The position numbers and the translations under genes are program-made. Positions 30,030 to 43,638 of a stretch of 64,000 bases of DNA are shown in pieces (within the stretch, counting starts at the first letter, position 1; every line of letters starts with the position of its first letter). Where the stretch lies: NCBI GenBank assembly GCA_012295275.1, contig CM022669.1, positions 2,170,001 to 2,234,000 on the forward strand, written 5' to 3'. The notes beneath the pieces were generated by a model. It had not been told where the DNA came from. It did not search any database and saw only the letters and a program-made list of their open reading frames with translations. The stretch comes from Chrysomallon squamiferum (taxonomy: Eukaryota; Animalia; Mollusca).

Positions 30030-30530
30030 TAAGGTGTTTCATCGTAGGTTATGTAATAGGATGGCAATAATTAGAGTTAATTATTAATTATGATCCTGTG
30101 ATAACTAGGGTATTTCATGATAAAATAATACGGTGATACTAAAATACTAGGGTGTTTCATGGTAAGTTAATAGGATGATATTAAGACAAGTAGATGTTTA
30201 ATAATGAGTTAATAGGGTTATACCTAAACCAACCTGTGTATTTCATTACAAAATCAATAGGGTGACACTAAAACAAACAGTGTATTTCACTACAAAATTA
30301 ATAGTGACAACTTGTGTATTTCATTTCACAGTTAAAAGGGTGACACTAAAACAACCTGTGTATTTCATTACACAGTTAACAGGGTGACACTAAAATAACC
30401 TGTAAATAGTGTGTTTAATCCTAAGTTACTGAGAAAAAGTTAATAACTACAAGATAAAAGGATGACTGGTAAATAATCATGGTGTGTTTAATCGCAGGTT
30501 ACTAGGGTTGAGTTAAACAACTAGCTATGT
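30030..30530. repeat. Degenerate 44-bp minisatellite
   Basis: Best units ACCTGTGTATTTCATTACACAGTTAACAGGGTGACACTAAAATA at 30232-30402, with more diverged copies on both sides. Confidence 0.75.
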
Positions 30531-33500
30531 AACGGTCAACACGTTTATCTGCAGTTTCACGACAAACCACTGATCCGTACAGTCACATAACGAATACATC
30601 AGTTGTCATTAATACAAAATAACACTAAAACCTGAAAACTATACACCCGTTTATTGTCACTTCCACTCACCGACCAACAAAGGAGTGTTAAAAAAAAGCG
30701 ATAACCCATTTCATTTGTATTAGCCGAGTTCAGTCTAGCGTACCGACTTGCAGCGTTCATTCACAGAAACAAAAAACTCTCACACAATATCGCTCCCGTT
30801 TCAAATCTGTCCCCTATATCATGCGCCATATGTTGCTTCCTCGTGAAACAGGTAATTAAAGAAAAAATATAAACAGCCTGATTAAATAGGACAGAGGATT
30901 TTAAGCGCTGAATACAACCAAAGCGACTAATACAATGCACACGATGAAGTAAAGCAGGCTAAAAAAAGGAAAAGGGGACTTTAATCACATTAATCCATGT
31001 TGGAGCATGACGGCTTTAAAGAAAGACACATTATCTGTGATTGCTGGCCGCCATATGTTTCAAAATCTTGTCACATTGTGTTTCCTTTACCCCGACTTCA
31101 ATGCCATTGTTTTCCAGATCGATTGGTTTTTGACCAAATTATTTTTTTTGTAATTACACGTGAAAGCACAGTTGTTTGAGATTGTCGGATAATAGGAACC
31201 CACACAACTTTCCAAAGTCCTGAGAAGATTTCCATTCCCCGTATTGTGACCTGCGCCGAATACACCACCTATGAGCAGTACTGAGAAGATAATAATAATT
31301 AAGATTCGACTGTGTTCTTTTCAGGATTAATTAATTGTATTAAATATACAAGAACTGACGTTCGACCTCGCTTTGCAACTTGGCGAAAAAATTATTATAA
31401 TTTATTTGATTGATTACATAAACAATGAATTATGTATGTGATTACTTATTTCATTTAAAGATCCGCTGATAAATTATATTCTATTAAAAAAAAAAAAAAA
31501 AAAATGAAAAATGAAATCTATGAAAAAAAGAATAAAAGACAATTAAATGTTTTAAAATGTTGGTTATTAATTATATATGAATAATATTAAAGTTGGTGTT
31601 GATTAGGTTGTTTTCAATGAAAATTAAAACTGTATTTATGTTTAATGTGTTCCCTGCTTAGGTAATTATACAAATATTGGAACATTTATTAATATAACCA
31701 AAAAGAAAAAAAAGAAAGAAAAGAAAAAAAAAGTTTGTTTCTATTGAAATTCAATCAATCCGTAAAAATAAAGAATAAACGATTATATAAAAGGATAATT
31801 TTAAAATTTACTTACCAAAAATTATAGAAAGTTAATTGATTAATTATTAATAACATAAATATTGAAACAACAAATTACCCTTAAGTTAAGAATTTAAAAA
31901 ATAAAGACTAAAACATTTTAAAATGTCATTAACTAATTTTACACTAATAATTTATGTCTCAGTTTAGAACGATTATTTTAAAAATTCAATCAGTATAGAA
32001 TTCTGCATGGATGACTGAATGTCTGACACACATTTATATATTAACCATTAACACGCTTCGGAAATGCTGATTTTAGGGAAGAATTCTATTGGCTAATCTC
32101 TTCAGTTAGCAGAAACTAATATTTTATATGCATCTTTTCTTAGAATAAATAAAAAAATTAAGGACACAAAGTGATTTAATAATAAGATATTATGCACGAT
32201 AGACTTATAAATAATTATATAAAGAGTCGAATATTTCAGCATGTTTAAATAAGCAAAGAGCTATATTATTGTTCTAAAATTTATAAGATTTCTGTTGTCA
32301 CAGAAAAAGTGACAATGGCAAAACTGTGTTTTTAAAAAAAATGGGAAAAATTTTTGAAAAATAAAGGATACCCAAGGTGGTACGTAAATAAGAACAGTTT
32401 GTCACGAGAGGATATTTGATTCGATTTTTGTCTCCTAACAAAGAAAACAGTTGAATCTAAGCAGAACGTCTACTGTGGATGAAATAAAAAAGAAATCCCC
32501 AGACACCCTCTCTTGAAAACATAGATTACTGATCTGTAACGTAACTTTGTCTTCTTCGGGTTGAATGACTTAGAAAACAGTTCAGCTAAAACTGTTATTT
32601 GGTACTTCGTGTACAAAGAGTATGAGTGAACCCAAACACGCACGCTCTCTCTCTCTCTCTAGCATACAGACACACGTGCACATATAGATAAATATCTTTT
32701 CTAACAAACACTAACATACATATTTTAAAAGAGTTTTATTCAACATTCGACATCATGTACGAAAATGTTAATGTTTTTGTTTTGAATGTTTTATTCACTG
32801 GTTTTTAACGACACCTTAATGTATTTTAAATATTAGCTTTATATATGTAATTTTCTAACCACATATAGTTAGGAATAAATTAGATTTGGGATTACGTTTA
32901 TGTTTCTAAACTTACCTCCATCTTAAAATGACACTTCTCTCTTTGGCCTAACAACTTGGTTTCACGAACATGAATAAATAATGTAAACTTTGAGATGTCA
33001 TGAAATGATTCAAAAGCCTTTCTGTTAGTTAGCTGATGGCTTTACAATTTCAAACTATCAGATTTCCAATCCACTGCACTCCGTGAACTCTGAGATTTGT
33101 GTTTAGACGGCCGCCTCCTGGTTGTTGCACATATTTTATTCTATTGGTTATAATGGAATAATCCCATTATATTTAATACAAGACTCACCTACCACCTCTA
33201 CTATACAGAATGTTTCCAGTTTATGGGAAGGTGCATGGAGCCCTTGCTGATAATAGCAGTGTAGCAATGACTGTAAACTAACAGTAATCCAATACAAACG
33301 TGAACACAAATATACCACACAATAAGAAACACAAATGATATAAACCTAATAATATTCAAAGATTTTTTCATAAAGAATTTCAGATGTTAACTGTATTCAA
33401 ACTGTTGTCGTCTACATTAACCAGTGAAACAGTTAATCATCTTCAAAAACGAGAAAGTTATCATATTACATGTAACTGTATGAAATATGAATCAAACTCA

Positions 33501-34640
33501 GCAGCAGTCGACTTAAATCACAAAATTGGGACGTAAGTGACCTAACAGTGCCAAATACGATAATGCCGAGAACACCCAAGGGAGGTAACTAAACACGTGC
33601 AGTGACGTTAAAACGTCAACCGGGACGTTTTCAAGCTTCGTCGTTTTATCTGTATGTTAAGCATAGCAAAACTGCTACTGAGATTCCATTTTTTAAAAAT
33701 AAAAACTATGTTTTATTTATGAAAGTCGAAGGTAGTTAAACCGGCATAAAGATAACTGTATCTTAAAATATTTCATGTTTTATTTAAGAAACATGTTGGT
33801 AGTTGTAAAGATTATGCTATCTAAACGACACTTTTGAAATTGCATATCATTTATTTAAGAAACCAATGTAAGAACTGATAAATGAGAAATACTGTTTTCA
33901 AAAGAAAAAAGAAATTATTTATGATTTTGAACATAGTTAAAACGTAATACCGAGATACTGGTATCTAAAACTCAGTTTTTAAAATGCTTTATTTACTATA
34001 TATGTAGGTGGATGTTATCTGTCAGTTCTGGAATTTTATTTTATTTAAGTATGTTTTTATTGCAGTGTGCGGACAACCTACTTCTTACAAACCAGAAAAA
34101 AACCTAAATAATTTGGAGTTATAACTCATTCATCATAATGGAACAATTTATTATTATTCAAAACCTGTTTGCTCAGTGTACTGTCAGTCCTACGATGGGC
34201 AATAATTTAATTTTAAACCGATGCAGACCTCTGTCCTCGGCTATTCGGAGAACATTCACTTTCTATCAGATTTATTTAAATACCTAATGACTGCTATCTT
34301 GCTTTTTCTATTTTGAAATGAGTATGCTAAAGTTCTAACAGACCTATTGCAGTGTGCTGGAAGAAGTGTCAATGTAGAAGAAAATGTGCAGCAGTTAGTT
34401 TGGTAGAAGCAGTACAAAGTTGTCTTTCTAGAATTTACACATGACTGATAAAATAACCGACGTTATACTTGAATAGAATTAAAGTGTTGTTAAATGAAAT
34501 CAGTTCTTGAACTTTTTCTTTGTTTTATTCTTTTTTTGGTAGACTTATTTACATTGATTTGATGTATTTGAGTTTCTAGTTTTTACTCGTCACTGATACG
34601 AGTAATAGTTAAATAGTGATATTACTTGTTTGTATTCCAG

Positions 34641-36175
34641 ACAATGACAGTCACAAGACTGGAAATCAGACAGCAGAACATGGCGAAACAGTCTGGCGCG
34701 ACAGCGACTCTCCAACTTCAACATCTTCACAAAGGTCTACACCGCCGCCGAAGGTTCAGTCGCAGGCGTCAAATGGAGTCTGCCACAACAAGGTGTCCAC
34801 CGTGATGTTGGCGGGAATCCCAATCGTCTGCTTGTTCATAGATGGGAAGGAACGTCTCTGTCTGGCGCAGATTTCAAACACTTTGCTGAAGGCTTACAGT
34901 TACAATGAGATCCATAACCGCAGGGTTGCCCTGGGAATCACGTGCGTGCAATGCACTCCGGTCCAGTTGGAGATTCTGCGGAGAGCCGGCGCAATGCCTG
35001 TCTCTTCACGTCGATGTGGGATGATCACCAAGAGAGAAGCTGACCGACTAGTGAAATCTTTTCTAGAAGACAATTCACCTCCGAAACTTCCCGAGGATTT
35101 CTCTTTCGAAGTTTATCATGAATGTGGATGGGGAGGAAAAGGATTCTTCGAGCCCTCCCGTTACAATAGTTCGCGAGCTAAATGCATAAAATGTTTTTAT
35201 TGTAACATTTACTGTTCCCCAAACAAATTCATATTTCACTTTCATCGAACCCCTGAGGCTAAGTACAACCATCCGGACGCCGCTAATTTCAACTCGTGGC
35301 GACGACATCTGAAACTTTTACCCGGTCAGGCAGAACGAGAAGATATCAGCTTTGCATGGGAAGACGTCAAAGCTATGTTTAATGGTGGCAGCCGGAAACG
35401 GATGTTATCTAACGCATGTGTACCTTCATCAAGAATGCACTCTTCTAGTGAAGATCACAATGGTGGAAAGAAAATGAAAACATCAAGCGACAATTCATTT
35501 GTATCGAAGCCGTTTTCAGCCCAATATCCCTCATACAACTTGTTTTCACCACCTGGCAAGCCATATCCTTTCGGAACGCTACCTACTGCCCATCCTTATG
35601 GGTTCGGCTATCCACACACAAAAGAAACCACAGGAGGTGATAATCCTAAAGCTCTGGTATCTCCGACTCCTTGGGTGACACAAAACAACCTTACATTTCC
35701 TTCTTACGATCTGTTCTGGGCTAACACTTTAGCTCTTTCTCGATCCGGCGGGATGAGAAGCGGATTTTATTCGGGTATAAACTCAAAACCTCAAAACCTA
35801 TCGGACTCGCTTCACTCGAAAATTACTGTGGAATCTGGATCCCCATCGACTGGGTCTGGCAAAAACAAAAATCTAGATCGAGTATCGGCGTTCCGACCCG
35901 TGGGCCTGAGTGCCCAAACTGTTGACTGCGACCATGACGACCAGTCAGATTCCGACAACCCTGATGAAGAGAACGAAGAGATTGATGTGATGGACGAAAT
36001 GGAGGAGGAGGAGGCGGACAAGGAGCTTTGTGGAGTGGACAAACAGATACCTTCACCACAACCTGCCGGCAAGTCCTGTGTTGAAAGTATCACTCACAAA
36101 CAAAAAGAAAGCGAAGACGTGAACACAGTTAAACAGGAGGATCCTAAAACTGACAAAACAAGCGAAGAAAATCAG
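34641..36175 (+). CDS. SKOR: SKI family transcriptional corepressor (SKOR1/2, CORL/fussel-type), large exon with the SKI/SNO/DAC and SAND-like (c-SKI SMAD-binding) domains
   Basis: GIPIVCLFIDGKERLCLAQISNTLLKAYSYNEIHNRRVALGITCVQCTPVQLEILRRAGAMPVSSRRCGMITKREA and RYNSSRAKCIKC...SPNKFIFH...PDAANFNSWRRHLKL...AWEDVKAMFNGGSRKR match the SKOR signature as I recall it; SAFRPV motif present. Acceptor tgtattccAG (34639-40, phase 1); donor CAG|GTAAGT (phase 0). Confidence 0.96.
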
Positions 36176-36559
36176 GTAAGTGTCTGTTAATATGCCTTTC
36201 TTCTTCTGTTACTAAATTTTCTTCTTGTTATTCTTTTCTTCGTATTATTATCACCAACATCATAATTATCTTAATTTTCATCGTTTTCTATATATTTCTC
36301 TTTTCCTCAATTCTCTTCATTTTCATATAGTATTTTTATTTAGCATTTCATAACAATATTTATTAATTTAATTCACGATCCTGCTTCTGTTTACTTTCCA
36401 GATTAATTTTAAAGTTTATAAATGTAATCTAAAAAGTAAAGGACGTGAAGAGGCCATTTCAGTTTCTGAAAACGCTGTTTATAGTCGTTCACGATCTATA
36501 TTTAATGTCTCATAATAACGTATTATTCTTCTAATGAGAATTTGCTGCTTGTCTTTCAG

Positions 36560-36584
36560 GAAGCAAGTGAGGCTAACAAAGAAG
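36560..36584 (+). CDS. SKOR: SKOR 25-nt microexon (EASEANKE + 1 nt)
   Basis: Acceptor gtctttcAG, donor AAG|GTATGT; converts phase 0 to phase 1, as needed to read the downstream coiled-coil exons in frame. Confidence 0.75.
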
Positions 36585-38144
36585 GTATGTTTTGTAATAA
36601 TCATTTTAAATCTACATTTTGTATTTTTTAATTATTTATTCAGAGATATTATTTGAACCATGTTTTTGTTGAATTAAAATTATTGTTTTAAAATAAAAAA
36701 TTAATCATGATAAAGAATTTAGTAATTTGTATTCTACGTTTTATCACCATTCTCTCTGTATGTAAGTCTTTGTCACGTATATATATATATATATAAAAAA
36801 CCGTATTGCCTATTAAACATGTTTTTTTTTTTTTTTTTTTTTATTTTTTTTATCTATCTATCTATATGTCTATCTATATGTCTGTCTGTCTGTCTGCTTC
36901 TCTATTTGTTTATCTATATATTTGTCGATCTGTCTATCTTTCTTTTTGTCTATCTATTTCTGTCTGTATGTACATCTGTCTCTTTGTCTTTCTTGTCTGT
37001 CTGTCTAATTATCTATCTGTTTATCTTTTTCCGTTTTTATTCCTTAACCTTTGACCAAACCTTTAATATGCACTGAATGTCGTAGTTCCTTAAGGAGTCG
37101 ACGAATTAGAAACCAAATGAAAATTAGCTTTGGATATAACAAATAATCTTATGAAATTTTTATATAAATACTTAGCGACGCATAACGTAACGCTGGTTTT
37201 GCAACACAGATCATGCGTGACGTAATTAAACTGTAACAAAATTATTATGCACAGAAGCTGAAAAAACTAATTGCTTTTTTCCACCGTCAACCATAGCTAG
37301 AAATAAGAAACCACAGTGAAATACGATTTCGTCAACGCCGGACCAAACATTTTTGCACAAACTGGTATTGACGTTAACATCGCGTTCGCTTTTCGCGATC
37401 ACTCAGTCGAGAAGTAATTAAGAAACATGCACTAACAATGAAATGCTTTAAAATAATCACACTAAATTTGTAATTATATCCATGATCTAAACACGTACAA
37501 TATAGTACGTTCCCTAGAGAGTTAATACTCGGGCCTAATTCTCTATTACATGTTTAATAATAAACACGACCAAGAATAGCTTCTGCTGATGTCTTTTTAA
37601 TTAGCAATAACGTGATTCGGTTCGTTTGTTTCGTCGTGTATTACTACGCCGCCATAAAAAGCAGACGATCTCCGTGGAACACGACAGTGTGTGTTATTTA
37701 CTCTCTCTGTCTCTCTTTTTAACTACCGCAGCATCCCAGTTTGTTCGCTCACATTTCTGAGAGAATACTTAACTAAGTAAATGAGCGGTATGAATTTTAT
37801 TTACATAATTTTGTTGTGTTTGTAATTTGTTACCTCTTTTGATGAAAAAGGAAAACTTGACGCTTCGAATATTATATTCTTTTGAACATCATAAAAAGAA
37901 AAAAACATTTTTTTAAACTTTTGATGTGGTTTTTAATGATTAATTCCTTTTATCCATCTTTTTTTCTCTGACTTATATCTGTTTGTCTGTATGCTTGTAT
38001 GTACCTGATAAATTTGCATGATTGTTTTATTCTGAATGTATATGACGCAGTTTTATATATAACGATAACATTTATTATTATTATTATTATGGTAATATTG
38101 TTTGCATTGCATTATTATTATTATTATTATTATTATTGCTGCAG

Positions 38145-38213
38145 ATGGAAACGAGGTTACGGTCATGGCCAATAATTCAAGTAAATTGTCAATGGCCGAT
38201 TCAGGTTTATCAG
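38145..38213 (+). CDS. SKOR: SKOR exon, 69 nt (DGNEVTVMANNSSKLSMADSGLS)
   Basis: gctgcAG acceptor, CAG|GTAAAT donor, phase 1-1, open frame; no recognisable homology. Confidence 0.65.
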
Positions 38214-38684
38214 GTAAATACTTTGTTTCAGTTAATTCTTTTTTTGTAAAGCTTATTTAATAATACAAGTTTTATATTTTATTCTATTTTAAATTTATAT
38301 TGTTGTAATATTTTATCTACAAGACTAAGGTCATATATCAATAATGTAAGGGATATTAAATTAAAGTTAAGACTTAAATCGAAGTAAACATAAATGGTTT
38401 CTTACCTGATCTGACACTTTATTTGGAAACCTTAATTTACTAAACTGCACTACTACTACTGCTACTACTACTACTACTACTGTATTTGTTGTTATTATTA
38501 TTACTACTACTACTACTACTACTACTACCACTACTATTACTGTGTTGTTATTATTATTATTACTATTACTACTACAACTACTACTTTTACTGTATTTTGT
38601 GTTATTATTATTATTACTACTACTACTACTACTACTACAACTACTACTACTACTGTTACTGTATTTGTTTATTATTATTTCCAG

Positions 38685-38735
38685 ATCAGTCAGATACAGA
38701 AACTGATAATGGTGACTTTGGCTCTTGGAATCGAG
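38685..38735 (+). CDS. SKOR: SKOR exon, 51 nt (DQSDTETDNGDFGSWNR)
   Basis: atttccAG acceptor, GAG|GTAAAA donor, phase 1-1, open frame. Confidence 0.7.
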
Positions 38736-38807
38736 GTAAAATCTTATGTATAGTTTTAATTAATTATTTGATGTGTTTGTAAGCACAACAACGACAATAA
38801 TAATAAA

Positions 38808-38854
<47 letters not shown>

Positions 38855-38965
38855 ATAATAATAATAATAATAATAATAAAAACATTAATAATAATAATAT
38901 ATTTTTATATGTAACACATTTTATGTGAATAATTGTTATAATGTACATAACAACTATCATTTCAG

Positions 38966-39040
38966 ATCAACTATATAACCATTTAAGAAAAGAAATTGAA
39001 AGCAGAAAGAAACTGGAACGTGAGGTTACCAACATGAAAG
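38966..39040 (+). CDS. SKOR: SKOR exon, 75 nt, coiled coil (DQLYNHLRKEIESRKKLEREVTNMK)
   Basis: atttcAG acceptor, AAG|GTGAGT donor; RKKLERE matches the SKOR C-terminal coiled coil. Confidence 0.9.
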
Positions 39041-39470
39041 GTGAGTGTCACATGAAAGATAATTTATTAATATTTCACATTACTAAGAAAAATATATAAA
39101 ACAAATTGACGTACAAGAAATATTCTTTATTGATGTATATAAAATTAATACAAATATAAAAGTACATGATCCATTCCTAATTGTGTTATTAATTCTTGGT
39201 TTAAAGAAATCAACAGCATAAAAAGGATAAGTTTCTGAAATAGCTATGTACTTTTAGTAAGTATTAGTAAATACATTTTCTTTCATCTTTTGTAACTTGA
39301 CGTCACTCTTTCCGAGTGATTTTATTTTAATTCAAACTATCCATTTATAATTTTATTATCAAAAATATGGATAAATGTTTCAGTATTATTATAATTTTGT
39401 GTGTGTATCTGTATGTGTAGTGTTTGCATATATGCATATATCCATATTCAAACATCCACACAAACATTCG

Positions 39471-39594
<124 letters not shown>

Positions 39595-41603
39595 ACCACC
39601 TGCCGGCATAAATCATGCACAGTGCATTTTTTATTCTTTATTTCACCTGTACATAGCCATCGGCAACCATTTCTCATCTAAACCTGCTGGACGTATTAAA
39701 CTGCCATCATGCACATTACACTAAGCCAGCGTTTTGTTATTTTGTCAGCCCCGTTCAACCAATGTAGCCTTATATTGTCTTTTGGGAAAAGTTAAGTAAA
39801 TAAAATAATTTTTTAAATAATGACACGCTCTTCTTGACATTTTATCAAAAAAACAAAAAACAAAAGCTCATCTGGAAGTAATAAAATGATTATTTTATAA
39901 TTAAAATATCCAAAGTAAAGCGATCATATTTGTGTGTGAGTGTGTGTGTGTTATTTCTTTCTCTGTTTTTTTATTTTTATTTATTTTTTTTATATAATTT
40001 TAGTCCCCCACATTTTGGATATCAAGCATTACTAGTGTTAGTGTTCTGCCGGTCAAATACTATTTATACTTTTCAAATACTTCAAACTACAAAGTAATCC
40101 GTTCAGATGAATACTGTCCCATAGTTAGTCATTACTATTCAAGCATTTTGCGCCAGTCATCCATGGCTTTTGTTCAGCAGTTAAATTTGTTCTTCATAAA
40201 TATATTATGATTACTTAAATATAACCTTTTGCTTTCGTAGACTAATTTAGTGTAAAACAAAAACAAATTTTCTGTTGATTTAGCTCGGTGATTTCCTAAA
40301 GGAAACATAACATAACTTATAAATATGTTTTTGTTACAAACTGTTGAAATGGACACACTTATAGCATCTGACTTTTTTTTTACATACGCCTGGAATGGAC
40401 AAATTATTATCACGTGACTTGAATCCGCATCGGTAGACCTCGTGCGAACAATAAGGCGATGTATCTCATGAATTACGTCATCAAAGGAATCTCCGAGGAA
40501 ATCCCCTGGAGAATCTGTTTTTAGCAAACAGTGATCGTCTTCTCTCTCCTTATGTACAAAACGTTTCAGCTGAAGAAATCATGTCAGTGTCATGTTCATC
40601 ACTGAATTTTAAAATGCTTAAAATTTTATAACTTTAATTCAAAACTTGTAATCGGTAAATCTAACTTTATAAAATGGTAACTATAGAAATTAATCCCTTC
40701 AGCGGAATACTGTGCATAAATTAAAGAACTGGTTTCTATTTCTTAACAATTTTTGAAAAAGCCAGAGTATTTGTTTTCGATGAATAATAAATACTGTTAA
40801 CTGAAAAAGCCTCTGTATTTGTTTATTTTTAATTATAAATGGTTTTTGAGATTCTGCCAGTTAATGCAAAAAAGAGTAATCAATAATTTATGATTCATCT
40901 GCGGGAAAATAACTGTTTCAAAAACAAACAAAAGAACCACAAACAAACAAAACGAACAACAATGCCTAACACAGTTTACAAATTTAGTGTTATCAAAAAT
41001 AATAATAATATAAAAAAAAAAACTGTTACGAAAAAAAAATGTTAGGCTACAGTTACATCTACAACACCAACAAAACGATATTAAAACTACTTTATTGTTT
41101 ATTACGAACAAATACATAGGTATACTTAATCAGTAAAACAATTTAACTAATAACACAAAGCCGCTATTGCTTCCTCGAAATATTAATATAGCTTTAGTTT
41201 GTAGTCACGTGGTAGAACACAAATCACGCTGAATATAATCCCAGGTGTTAAATTTATTTTTACCAACATTTTAATTTATAGTTATATAAGCCACCCAATT
41301 GTTTCTCATTCGTTTATAAATTACTTGTTTTTATTTCTTAATCGTTTGAAATAGACTTTTATTATTGATAAGAATAATGTAATTTACGTGTTGAAATTCG
41401 GCCTGCAGTGTTTTATGGCTTACGATGAACTGCATTAATGAATTTATTATTTATAACATTATGGAGCAAAACGTTCGTAAATGTTAAAGATAAAAATATT
41501 ATCGAGTTCGCTTGTTAAGTGATATTTTAATGCTTTTATTTTCAAATATCCAGGAACTTGAAAGATTCTGTTAGACAATTAAATACAGTTTATTTTGTTT
41601 CAG

Positions 41604-41678
41604 AACTGTATAAAGAGCAATCGAGTCGTGAAAAAACTTACAAAGATGAAATGACGCATCAACTTCAAGTTGTCAAAG
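41604..41678 (+). CDS. SKOR: SKOR exon, 75 nt, coiled coil (ELYKEQSSREKTYKDEMTHQLQVVK)
   Basis: ttttgtttcAG acceptor, AAG|GTGAGT donor; resembles vertebrate SKOR RELAYREEMVQQLQIVR as recalled. Confidence 0.9.
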
Positions 41679-42010
41679 GTGAGTTTTACAATTAAATAAA
41701 ATTAATCACTTAATCCGATCAATAATTTTAATTAATTCTTTATTTTCTCTGCTCTTTTTATTTGTTTTGATTATTATTATTATTTTTTTGTATTCTTTCC
41801 ATTTTAATTTTAAAATAATTCATGTCTTTGATGAATGGGAAAAATAAGTAGTTTTTGAAATTGCCAGGTTTATTTATATATTTATTTTAATATATATATA
41901 TATATATTTTTGTCTTATTGTTTTGTTATTTTGATTTCAAAGAGTCTTCTTTTATCTTAACCAAAAATATTTTATCATTAATTTTTCTTTTCCTTTTTTG
42001 TTTATATTTA

Positions 42011-42048
<38 letters not shown>

Positions 42049-42243
42049 CATTATTATTATTTAAACATTTAAAAAAGTACGTATTAAGCGTTATTTAAAA
42101 AAATAATAATAAAATTGATATATATATATATGTTTTTTAGACTGAAAATAACAAAATATAATATATATATATAGTAGAATTATGATGAGTTTCTTCTGGT
42201 TTATTAAAAAATAATAATAATAATAAAATGACAAGGAATTTAG

Positions 42244-42346
<103 letters not shown>

Positions 42347-42780
42347 TATAGTGCTTGTTGTAATAATAAATAAATAAATAAATACTATATTTTGTTATTT
42401 TCTATGTAATTTGTATTTTTAAAAAGAAAAAGATATAGACGTTGATAAGCTTATCAGAGATTATATTTCTGGAACTAATTATCAGATTTGATTACTTAAT
42501 TATTTACTTACTTACTTTCATTGTTTAATGTATTCATTTATTTTATACTTATTTATTTAATTGCTTTCTTTTTTGTTTACTTTCTTATATTTTATTTGTT
42601 CAGTCATTCATTCATTAGTTTATTATTTTCTTATTTAATTTCATTCATTTTTTTTAAATTTTAATTAATTGATTTATTTATTTATTTATTGGTTTGAAAT
42701 TTAGAAATTTTTAATTTATTTATTTATTTTTTTATACTTTTAATTTAATTTTTCTCTTGGATTAATTTCGTGTTTTTCAG

Positions 42781-42846
42781 ACACGTTGACTGCAGAACTG
42801 GAGAAAGAAAGAAAAGTTAGATTTAACCTGCAGCACAAACTGAAAG
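42781..42846 (+). CDS. SKOR: SKOR exon, 66 nt, coiled coil (DTLTAELEKERKVRFNLQHKLK)
   Basis: tgtttttcAG acceptor, AAG|GTAAAT donor; resembles SKOR DTLCNELDQERKARYAIQQKLK as recalled. Confidence 0.92.
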
Positions 42847-43607
42847 GTAAATGTTTTGATGTTTATAATAATTATTTCTGTTGTTGTTATTTTTGTTTTG
42901 TTGTTATTATTATTAATAGTAGTAGTGATTAGTAGTAGTAGTAGTTGTGGTGGTGGCGGTAATAGTAGTAGTAGTAGTACTATAATTATAGTATTATTAC
43001 AGTAATAGTAGCAGTAGCAGCCGTCATAGTAGTAGTAATAGTAGTAGTAATAGTAGTAGTGTTTATTTACTATAATTTTCAAGTAATTAAGAAAATGTAA
43101 TTTAAATTTTTTAAAGAAATAAATATTAAGTTATCGGATACACTTTGTATACTAACATTTGATAGAAGATAACAACAACTTTTTTTTCTGATATAGTATC
43201 ATGTCAAATATTAAGTCGCAATAAAATAGCAGTTTAAATATTTAATTCGACATTAAAGGAAAATTGAAAGCTTTGCTTTCGTATTAAAAGGCAGAATGTT
43301 ACTTTTTAAAGAGTACAATTTATTATTGATTTATATCTTATATTTTTTAATGATATGAATGAAAATGATATAGCATCTCACAAAGGCTGATCTAGAGATG
43401 AACTTGGCAAGGCTTTTTTCTCGCTTTTAGCAATGTTACATTGTTGTTAGTGGATGTTTTGTGTAGATGGGGTGGAACTGTATTTTATAAGTGAAGTGAC
43501 TTTATCATTTTTGATGCATTGAATTTTCATTCAAAATGGTGAAAGGAATTCTTTTCGTCCTTTAACATTGTTTTATATCTATCTATTGTTTTATATCTAT
43601 CTATCTA

Positions 43608-43638
<31 letters not shown>

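Noticed and set aside
34616-34640. ORF-track N-terminus MILLVCIP and C-terminal VSVC* (36176-36190) of the 524-aa ORF
   Set aside because: The start is a GTG inside the intron upstream of a clear acceptor, and the tail is read-through of a GTAAGT donor.
35075-36093. Antisense ORFs within the SKOR exon
   Set aside because: Shadow frames of a GC-richer coding exon; no homology recognised.
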